Below are positions 30,601 through 40,400 of a stretch of DNA of 64,000 bases, one piece after another; the stretch's first letter is position 1; each line of letters starts with the position of its first letter. Position numbers and translations under genes: made by a program. This DNA is from Chiloscyllium plagiosum (taxonomy: Eukaryota): assembly GCF_004010195.1 (NCBI RefSeq), contig NC_057757.1:1800985-1864984 (forward strand). The letters run 5' to 3'. Below the pieces are notes generated by a model, which was not told where the DNA came from, ran no database searches, and saw only the letters and a list, made by a program, of their open reading frames with translations.

Positions 30601-32204
30601 TAGTGGGAGAGTTATTATCCAGAGCACTGTCTCTGAGGCAGAAGGTGAGAGAAATTAGCATAACTCCAAACAGCCACATAATGGAGCAACAGCTCTCACT
30701 GTTAGATGAACATCTAGTGTTGACAGTTGTCTCTGATGAATGTGGGTGCCTACCATCCACTTTTGCCAACTGAGTGTTGCTCATGTTTGATGTTTGAGTG
30801 AGGATCTGTCTTCTGGACGGCAACAATTATTTTAAAAGTATGAACAACAAATGTCTTCTCACCCTCTTGGGTCAATTTTGGAAGCTTTACTTCATAGAGC
30901 CAGTTCCAAAAGATAGGCAAGTCTGTTAGGGTCTGGTTGATCTCTGTGGAGACAGATGCACATGCAGAGATTGTGATGGTCATTCTCAAGACTAGCATCT
31001 ATAGTATAGTATACAGGTAGAAGAATAATCCTGCCTACCTATCACTCGTAGAACACGGTGGACCTTTTCTGAGATCATATCAACCAACACTTCATCTGGG
31101 TAGAAAAATAGCAGTATCATATTTTTACCATTATTGAATAAAATTGATCTCTTATATATTAGAGTTGATCTTTCTCTGCACGGTCTTTACAGCTGTAACA
31201 CTATATTCTGCACTGTGCTCTATTACCCGGATGTAGTTATGTGTTTGTCTGGTTAGCAGCAATATGATATTTTTCACTGCATCTCGGTACATGGACAGCA
31301 GTAAATCAAATCAAAATTCCATCCCACAGAATCTCAGTGAAGCCCCTTCTTATTCTTTTCCACTGGACAGAATTCTACTGCACTCAAACTACTTCCTTTC
31401 CATTACCATTACAGAGAACTCAAACATAATCTTCCCCCCCCCCCCCATTTTATAGGAAGACTTAGGAACCAAATGCCTTCCTGTGCCTTCTCATTGCTCA
31501 TGGACAGGTTTCTCTGATTGAGGAGAGACCTCAACAAATGAATGGTCTGTTCCTGTACTGTAAATACTTGCTAATTAATGTTTCCACAACTGGAAATCTG
31601 ATAATACTTAGAGGTAACAATAATGATCTTGATTTAAAGTACCTCTATTTGTCTGATTTAGCCAATTGCAAACAGTCTTTCCTAAAAATAAGGCAGTGGT
31701 GATTCTAACAAATAAAAATAAATGTATAAGAAATAGGGCAGGGATGACAGAAGCAAGACAGCGAATGTTTTAATTGCAAGGAGGAAGCAGTGTTAAAGTT
31801 TCAGGCCTGATCGGGTGGTGGATACAGACCAAATAGTAGTTTTCAAAGGAGAAGAAGAAACACAGGAAGGAGAAAAAATAGTTGAAGGGATATGTGGAAA
31901 GGACACAAAAGTGGAACTAACTGGACTGGCATTCAAAACTGCTGCCAAATAGCTGTTGGTGAACTGCATCACACAATGATTCTATTCTGTAATAGGTCAC
32001 CTCACCAAATAGAAATTTATTCAGGTCTGCATCTGTGTACTTTGTGCAGTTTGTAGTCTCTGTCAGTGCCTTGTACTCCCCACACAGCTTCTCGAATCTG
32101 TCTCTTACTCTTTTGTGTGGAAAAGCACAGAACATACAGGCTTCAGCCTTCAATGAAACTCCCAGCCAGAAGCTGGCCACCATCACAGTGCTGGCTGTCT
32201 TCAT
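24585..32204 (-). CDS. TMEM95: TMEM95, sperm-egg fusion membrane protein (IZUMO-like fold), complete 7-exon CDS, 189 aa
   Basis: Exons 32006-32204, 31039-31095, 30863-30943, 29615-29635, 28110-28190, 26819-26906, 24585-24627 (570 nt, all GT-AG, phases consistent). Protein [189 protein letters not shown]. It aligns to recalled human TMEM95 motifs (ACVFC, DEVSMNKVTEKTHRVLRVMEI, LPSYWSWL, ALCPPACRGSTTLYNCSTC, SCWPRKRCFP). Confidence 0.92.
25910..26031 (+). repeat. 61-bp G-rich tandem duplication
   Basis: TCCTGCCGGGGAAGAGTGAGGCCACTGCTTGGGGTGGGGGTG..GGGCAGAGGA twice (25910, 25971). Confidence 0.85.
26819..26906 (-). CDS. TMEM95: TMEM95 exon 6 (transmembrane helix)
   Basis: [29 protein letters not shown]|gtaagt. 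Confidence 0.88.
28110..28190 (-). CDS. TMEM95: TMEM95 exon 5
   Basis: [27 protein letters not shown], 81 nt. Confidence 0.92.
28903..29195 (+). mobile_element. HE1 SINE
   Basis: GGGTGGCACAGTGGCTAGCACTGCTGCC..AAGTTCAATTCC. Confidence 0.85.
29615..29635 (-). CDS. TMEM95: TMEM95 exon 4 (21-nt microexon)
   Basis: Long pyrimidine tract, cag|AMCAPKC|gtgagt. Confidence 0.88.
30863..30943 (-). CDS. TMEM95: TMEM95 exon 3
   Basis: [27 protein letters not shown], 81 nt. Confidence 0.92.
31039..31095 (-). CDS. TMEM95: TMEM95 exon 2 (HRVLR)
   Basis: [19 protein letters not shown], 57 nt. Confidence 0.92.
32006..32204 (-). CDS. TMEM95: TMEM95 exon 1 (signal peptide, CxxC)
   Basis: [26 protein letters not shown]...LNKFLF G|gtgagg. 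Confidence 0.9.
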
Positions 32205-32425
32205 TTGAAACCTCACGAAGGACAGTTCAGTAAAGAGGGTGCAGGCTAGTGTAACTGCTCAGTCTAACAGCTGTTGGTTGTATGTGTTTGAAATAAACCA
32301 GTTAATTTCAGGTTTATTGGGCAATTAACAGTGTTCTACATTCTATGCTGTCATAAAGATAGCAGAGAGAGCTGTTGGTGTCAGTAACATCGCTTGGCTA
32401 CTTCTGGTGATTCTATATTTATTCT

Positions 32426-32625
32426 ATGGATGTAGGCTTGCTCGCTGAGCTAGAAGGTTCATTTCCAGATGTGTTGTCACCATATTAGGTAATATCATCC
32501 ATGAGCCTCCAGCTTTACTGATGATGTTACCTCGTATGGTGACAAAACATCTGAAAATGAACCTTCCAGCTCAGTGAGCAAACTTACACCCAGAACCTCA
32601 ACCTGAGCTACAAATCTTCTCAAAA
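32426..32625. repeat. Palindromic Penelope-derived repeat (family C) between TMEM95 and RADX
   Basis: GCTGAGCTAGAAGGTTCATTT..ATG / CAT..AAATGAACCTTCCAGCTCAG inverted arms with hammerhead motifs. Confidence 0.65.
32514..32555 (+). ncRNA. Hammerhead motif, family C (CpG-decayed)
   Basis: TTTA-CTGATGA-T-GTTACC(TCGTAT)GGTGAC-AAAA-CATC-TGAA; stems I and II pair; GAAA to AAAA and GTC to ATC both fit CpG deamination. Confidence 0.55.
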
Positions 32626-33174
32626 CTTATTAATATACTTCTTGTGATTCCTCGTGATTTAGAATAATTGAATTTGTTGTCCATTTGAATTTGGCCAGAT
32701 TTTCCAAAGGTCTTAAATTGTACATTGGGGACAGAGAGAGAGAGTGAGAGTGAGAGTGTGTGTATGTGGTTTGTTTGTGTGTTTGTTTTGGTTAGCAGGA
32801 TGGCTGACATACAATGCAGAGTTCGTCAACAGCATGGGTTCAATTCCTGCACTTAATGAGGTTACCATGAAGGACTCACCTTCTCAACATTGTCCTCGCC
32901 TGAGGTGTGGTGACCCTATCTTTAATGAGACAGCAGACCTTTGGTCTGGTCGGACTAAAGTGACTTTACCTTTTAAACAGTACATTACAAATACTGGCAG
33001 GCATTTGAGATACAAATGACTGGAGTTGTCGTATCTTAGCAATACGAAACAAATCAAACTGCCATCCCTCCTCTGTATGTACTATGCCTTGTGAGAAAGG
33101 GTTTCTCTGATTTTCATTTCTGGTTAGATTTTTAAAAAGACAAGGGTTATTGTATCTTTCCCTACCTCAGGATA

Positions 33175-33490
33175 CCCCCAAAGGCAGCCAACATCATCAA
33201 TGACTCCTCCCAACCTGGTAATACTCTCTTCCGTTAGACAAAAGATACAGAAGCTGAGACGCACAGCTTCAAAAATGGCTTTTTCCCTGCTGTTGTCGAT
33301 GAAAGGACCACTCCAATTTCAAATCTAACGATCTTGCTTTCGTGCACCTCCTGTGCACCCATGACCTTGCCTGTCTCACTCTATCCAAACAATTTATGTT
33401 CTATATGACCTTGTTTGTTGTGATCTGCCTGCGCTGCATGCAAAACAAAACTTTTCACTGTACAATGGTACATGCGACAACAGTAAACCA
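33175..33490 (+). mobile_element. Rex1/Babar-like LINE 3' fragment
   Basis: KAANII..SQPG-like C-terminus and the same 3' UTR family as 49010-49560. Confidence 0.55.
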
Positions 33491-33689
33491 AAGGAAATGG
33501 TTTCACGGTCATCATTGGTCTCTGTATTAATTATAATTGCCTGCCCTTTGAACTGTCAGGAGGTCAGAGTGCTTTTGTTTTCAAATCAGCCTGTTTTGTG
33601 ATGGGTCACCTGCTCCACAGGTAAGGACACACCTGCAGCACCAGAAGGGGCCTCAGAAGCAGAGAAAGTGCTGCCACCTTCTGGGGAAC

Positions 33690-34460
33690 GACCGCCAAAC
33701 CCGCCCCGTGACGCCATCACGTCGCCCCCCCCCCCCCATTGTGTCGCGGGTCGGCGCACTGACGTCACGGCGCCGCCGGCCGTTTCCTTCAGCCTGCACC
33801 AAGATGGAAGTGGGCGAGCGGGACAAGTGCGCCTTCAAGGCGATGTTCCCGGCCTTCGGCGCCGGCCGCGGGCCCGTCCGCTCGTCGCTGGTGTGCCAGC
33901 AGCCGGTCGTCGTGCTGTCGGTGGAGAGGTACCCGCGGGATCCGGGGAGCGGCGGCGGCGGCGGCGGCCTGTGGGAGGCGCCGGGCGAGGGCGACCTGTA
34001 CGACCTGAGCCTGTCGGAGGGCCACTGCCGCCTGCGGGTGGTGCTGCGGCCGTCCCTCAACTGGACGGTCCGCCGCAACCTGCTGAGCAGCGGCTGCGAG
34101 CTGAGCAACGTCCGCCTCGCCCTGGAGTACGACGAGAGGCGCCTGGGAGTCGGCTTGCTTGTCTTCGTGCTGCTGGAGGCCCAGGTGGTTGCCTGGGGAG
34201 ACGGCAAGGCGCCCCCTGCCGTCCGGAGGCTGAGACTGCAGAAGCTGCACGTGTTCAACGAGGGCACTGAGCTGCCCATTGGCCCAGAGCTGCCCATCAA
34301 AGCCAAGAGGCGCTACTACCTTTCTCTGTGGGATGCTGCCAATTACTATGGGGAGGCTTGGCACCGACACCCGCCTGGGCAACCCACTCAGCGATTTGAA
34401 GGTGAACTGGCAGTGCTCAGACCCGAAGAACGGTCGCAGCAGGCGTAAACCGCTGAAAGA
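33690..34460. promoter_or_regulatory. CpG island / RADX promoter and first exon, with a full CRE site
   Basis: Only strongly GC- and CpG-rich stretch in the window; TGACGTCA at 33760-33767, half-CRE near 33709, YY1-like CAAGATGG over the ATG. Confidence 0.8.
33804..34401 (+). CDS. RADX: RADX exon 1 (first OB fold)
   Basis: MEVGERDK...QQPVVVLSVERY...LYDLSLSEG...KRRYYLSLWDAANYYGEAW...FE G|gtgaac. Confidence 0.87.
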
Positions 34461-37400
34461 ACTGCGGTTGCCGTAAATCGGAAACAAAAGTAAAAGCAAT
34501 TGCGGGGGAAAGCTCAGTAGGTCTGGCAGCATCTGTGGAGAAGAGAAATCAAGAGTTCGCGTTTCAGGTTGAGTGGCCCTGCCTGGTGACTGCAGCGGAC
34601 TCAAGACATTAACCCTCTCTCTGTCTCTCCCTTTGCAGATCCTGTCAGAAATCACAGGACACCAAGTTATAGTCCCAACAGGTTTCTTTGAGATCACAAG
34701 ATTTCAGAGCACTGCCCCTTCGCCAGGTGAAATGTCAGATTAGGAGTGTGGTGGCTCAGTGGTTAGCACTGCTGCCTCACAAAGCCAGGAACGCAGGTTC
34801 GATTCCAGCCTCAGGGCGACTGTAGAGTTTGTACATGGGATTCCTTCCACAATCTGGGTGGATTGGCCATGTTAAATTGCCCACGAATGGGAATCCATAG
34901 CATTACAGTGTCTGGGTGGTGGAATGCAGTTTAGAGTGTTGGTATGGACTCGATGGGCTGAATGGCCGCCTTCCATACTGTAAGGATTCTATCGTTCCAT
35001 GTTTATATCTCTGCAGAGAACAGTGCATCTCACAGCACTTCCACAGTTGGTGGTCTTTTTCCTTGAAGCATAGCCCAGACCCCACAGCAAGTTCCCAGTC
35101 CAACTCCGAAACAAAACCGAAAACTGCAGGTGCTGGAAATCTGAAACAAAAACAGAAATTGCTGGAGAAATTGACCTAGTCCGGAAGCATTTGTGGAGAG
35201 AAAGCAGAGTTAACGTTTCAATTCCAGATGGGTGGCATGGTGGCTCAGTGGTTAGCACTGCTGCCTTACAGCACCAGGGACCCAAGTTCAATTCCATCCT
35301 CTGGCAACTGTTTGTGTGGAGTTTGCACATTCTCCCGAGTGTCTGCATGGGTTTCCTCCCACAGTCCAGAGATGTGCAGGCTAGGTGAATTGGCTATGCT
35401 AAATTATCCATAGTGTTCAGGGACGTGTATGTTCGGTGCCTTAGAGGGAAATGGGTCTGGGTGAGGGTCGGTGTGGACTTGTTGAGCTGAATGGCCAGTT
35501 TCGATTCTATGATCTGCTGAGTTTCTCCAGCAGTTTCTAGTTTTGTCCAGACCTACCTGGGATCTTTCAAATCTGCAGCCAAATCAAATCACTAATGTTT
35601 TTCCTTCAACCACCCGCCCCTGCCAAATTCATCCATCCCAATCTCTTCCCCTCCAACCCCTTACTCCCACCACGATGCTTTGCTGGGCTACTATTCTAAA
35701 CCGAACAAGCTCCCAGTCGACAGCAACGTAATGATGACCATTCAGGGTGAATGTTTGTGAAATAGAGCCAAATATTGAGTAGGCTGCCAGGAAAACTCTC
35801 CTGTGCCTCCTCAAACCACGTAGCCTCAGTATCCTTTACTTCAAACCCCCAAGAGGGCAGGTGGAGGGAACAGAATCTTGAAAGAGAGTACTATCTCATC
35901 AAAAAAATGGCATCGTCAACAGTGCAGCACTGTGTCTGAAGTGCATTTGGAATAGTGGCTTGATTGTTCACATGCAAACTGCATTTGAGAGGACAGAGTC
36001 ATTGATTATCCTGATTAGCTGAACGATACAAAATGAAGATTACTCAATCACCTAATATTATAGCTTACTGATGAGATACCAATGAGACGTACCTCAATAT
36101 CAGAGAGGTTTAAGCATGAAATAGTGGGCACTAAATGTAATGTGAATGTAGCCCCTCACAACAGCAACAGAAAATTTGGGATATTGATGATAACTCGATG
36201 GATATTACTGATATAAATTCTCTATAACACTTTTTACATTGTTAATAGAATTACAACCTCAATGTCCCAAAGCGCTTTACAGTCATTGAAGTAGTGTGCT
36301 ATTAGCAATCCCACTAGCTGTACTGCTTCAGCTTTAAACTGTTGTTCAGGGTACTGCACAAATGCAAGTTTGTCATTCTTTCACTACTGTACTATGACCA
36401 TCTGCATGGAATTTATGCTCATGTCTCTGAATAGGGTGTGAATCCACAAATCTCTCTCAAGCAAGAATTCTATTCAGTGATCGGTTGCTGATGGTGAGGA
36501 TCAGTAGGCTAGATTCCAATCCTAAAAGATCTCTTTTACCTTGTGCATAAATCTTCATGTTGAGGAACCAGTAGCAATTATTGTTGGCAGATAGTTTGCA
36601 AACAGGTAATGCAGATCAACCACGATTACCATCAAGCTAGCAGTATCGACATTTATAACAAGACTATTAGATAAATATAAGGTAAAAACAATGACTGCAG
36701 ATGCTGGAAACCAGATTCTGGATTAGTGGTGCTGGAAGAGCACAGCAGTTCAGGCAGCATCCGACGAGCAGCAAAATCGACGAGCAGCTGCTCGTCAGAT
36801 GCTGCCTGAATTGCTGTGCTCTTCCAGCACCACTGATCCAGAATATTAGATAAATATAGCTGTCTAAGTAAAAGACTATTAGATAAATATAGCTGTCTAA
36901 ATAAAAATGAAAGCTTATGGTGCTACCGAATAAATCTTGCTAACTTGTGTGGATGGTGACAGTTAGAGGCAGACCAGGATTTGCAGTGATTGTTGAGGAG
37001 CTGCACAAGTTAGGGGATGGCGAGCATTAAAAGGTGTTTATCTGTCATTTCTGCTACTCACCTTGAGCTATAATTCTTTTATTTTTAAGAGTATCTTAAA
37101 GGCATTGAGTAGAATTGTTGCTGAGTAATGGTTGTTTACTTTGATCAACTTCAAGAGTATGAATTCAAATCCACTATAGAAAGGTGTACAATTCATAGAT
37201 TGACCTCAGAAATTTACATGATGCATTAAAAACTCAACTGATTCATTAATGTTCTACAGGAAAGAGCTGGCATCGCCCTTACTTATGACATAATTTCATT
37301 TGATAGCTAACTGTGTCATCTGAAGTAACTTAGTAAAGCACGCAGTAGTCAAAACAATTGCTGGCATGTCCATCACCTACACAGGACAAGGGATGGCCAT

Positions 37401-40400
37401 TAAAACTGATCACATCCCAGTCACACATGTTGATATCAGTAGCTGATTGGTGCTATATAGGGTAATTTGATTTTTTAAAAATTAATTGATGGGATGTGGG
37501 TGTTAGTGGCAAAGTGAGCATTTATTCTCGTCCAATGCTCTTCTGAGAGGAGGTGAGCTGCTGCCTTGAGTCACTGCAGTGTGTTTAGCACATGTAGATT
37601 ACATATTTCCAAGTGAGGTTGGTGAGTGGCTTGGAGGGTAACTTGTTAATGGTGTTGTTTCCATATATCTTCTGCCCTTGTCTTTTTAGATTGTAATGGT
37701 TGTGGGTTTTGAAATTGTTATCAAAGGATCTTTGTGGAATTCCTGCAGTGTACCTTGTAGATGATCTACAATTCTGCAACTGAGCGGTGGTGGAGGGAGT
37801 GGATGTTTGTGGATATGATGCCAGTCAAATTAATTACTTTGTCTTGGATGATGTCGAACATCTTGAGTGTTGGAGCTACACACATCCAGTGCTGTTTTCC
37901 TTCAAAGGGAAAGGGAAGAGTCAGACTTGCTTGCAGGTTTTATGGAGAGCTGAGATCCCAACTGGTGTCTTTTCTCTCAGTTCTGTGACAAACTGCTACT
38001 TAAAACCAATCCAAACACCATCGCTGGACATGTTCAATTTTTTCAATTCAAACGTACCCGATGCTAGTTTGTGTCTCAAAAATATCAAATCCAGCTTCAT
38101 TAAAAAAATACATGTCTTCACATAACTAATAAGTGATTGCATAGTTCCATGTTTGTTTTAATTATTTTAAAAAGCTGGTAATCCAGACTTGCATATTCCA
38201 GTTTAGATTTCAAACCAAAATATATTTAGTCCTTACAGTGGAGAGATTAGTGAAGTTGCAATTCTTCACCTTCGAGTAAAGAAGGTTAGGGGAAAAAAAA
38301 TTAATAGAAGTATTTAAAATCACGATGGCTTTAAAAGAGTAGAAACTGTTTCCACTGAATGAACATGGTATTTGAGGGATATTGATTAAAGTTAATTGGC
38401 AAAATTCCTGGGCGCCTATGTGAGTACAGTTTTTCTTAAGCAGTGAGATGTGGGCTAGAATGTTCTACCTGATAGGGTGGTGCAAGAAGATGCACCAGTA
38501 ACTTTCAAAAGGGAATTGCATCAGTATTTGTTTGGGATTAATTGGATAACTCCTACAAAGGGCTGGCACAGATGTGATACTGAGCACCTTCTATGCTGTA
38601 TGATACTGTAATGCGCACAGGATGAAGGAGCGGGGACATAGCATAATGTGTGTGGCGGGAGCAGATGTTCACCTGGATCTGACTTGTTTCTGCTGGATGT
38701 ACACAGGATCTTATAGCATTGATGTAAGACAGCTGGAAGGTTACACCCAGAAAAAGAAAAAGGATCTTCCACCAGTGATTGTTCGTGTCCTCCGCAAGTT
38801 CAGACTTTGTCATTTTGGACGGCCTGACAGATATTCAGAATGCCCATTTCAGGTAAACACTATTATTGTTATTTTCTCATTCCAGTTTACTTCCGCTGGA
38901 TTGCAGTTCTGTGTACACATGGAATTCTTCAGCACATGACCAAGTGGACATTCTCATATAAGACCCCAGAGAGTGCCAGCAGACTGAGACATTGAGGAAA
39001 CTAGGTTTGCTCCTACAGAACTGACAAGAATTATCACTTTCTGTGTTAGTTCTCTCGAGCTTGGTTGTACGTTCCCTCTGAACTGTTTCTTATTGATCTT
39101 TGACAGCATCTCCATATTCTCTGGCTGATTTATTTGAAGGCCTATGGATCTAATTTGCAAATCACTCCATGGTTTTCCTTCACTTTGCCTCAGTGTGGTG
39201 TTCAGCCTCCTGTTCCAATGTGCACTCACTCTTCTCATTCCTTTACTTGGCTCAAGTCATTCTACATTCCCTCTTCCTTCTTGGAGCATCAAACTCCATT
39301 AAAATCTTTCGTTTTCATTCTACTAACTTTGTGTTCTTCCGGCCTGGCACTTAACTACTCAGAGTCAAAAAGGGTGGCACTGGAAAAGCACAGCAGGTCA
39401 GGCAGTATCCAAGGAGCGGGATTCCTGATGAAGGGCTTATGCCCAAAATATCGATTTTCCTGCTCATTGGATGCTGCCTGACCTGCTGTGCTTTTCCAGT
39501 GCCACCCTTTTTGACTCTGACTCTCCAGCATGTGCACTCCTCAGTTTCTCCTACTTATCCACTCACTGCTGATTTGGTGTAAATTTTCAATTTGGGGCAA
39601 GAAGATTGGCATTGTACTCCTCTCTAGTCCAATAGCTCCGGAGCTAGTTCCTCACCTTGTTGTTTCTCATGGTCAGGAACCTGCTGAAAAATACATATAT
39701 ATAGATGTCTGAATTGGTTGGCTGTAATGGGCCACTCAGACAATTGATTGTTCAGACTTAGTTCAAGCTAACAATGAGCTGTTGAGAGAGGAGGAGAAAA
39801 GACTATAACAGTAAAGCTTGCAATTAAGTGGTTTCCGTGCACTTGCAAACTATTTAAAGTAGGAATGCTTTTATTTTATTGAACATGTTCTCAATTTCTA
39901 TCCTTTAGGCCAAATTTCTAGTAGCTGATAAGTCAGGCTCAGCAACAGTTGTGTTGTGGAACTCCCTGTGTATGGATTGGTACAGACATCTAGAACCAGG
40001 GATGGTGGTGCATCTGCGCAACTATGTTGTGAAGAAAAGTTACACCACACGTATGGGGCAAAACCCTGAAGTTTCAAAGGAGCCAGCCTTAGGTACTGTA
40101 ATAATGCAGCTGTCTTATTTTGTCTGTTTAAGACACTGAAGCTTTCCGTTCTGCATTTGTAGTTTTAGAGTAATGTTCCCTCTATACTGCTCCACCAAAC
40201 GCTTGCTAGATAAGTCCATGTGGGTTAGACACAAATAAAACACTATTACCTCAAACACTTAGTGTTACAGCAAGATAGATCTCAGAAGGAATCCAAGCTT
40301 GACAGATAATATGTTTAATTATTGCATAGAGCTGGAAAACGTGGAGAATAGGAACGGGAGTAAGCCATTTGGCATGCTCCAGTATTCAGCATGATAATGT

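Noticed and set aside
33586-34697. Long overlapping ORFs (217, 200 and 302 aa) over the CpG island
   Set aside because: Stop-poor shadow frames of GC-rich RADX exon 1; only the frame starting at 33804 shows homology.
39360-39519. miRNA precursor or classical MITE
   Set aside because: Arms are Penelope terminal-repeat sequence found elsewhere as solo copies, with no DNA-transposon termini; no expression evidence is available.
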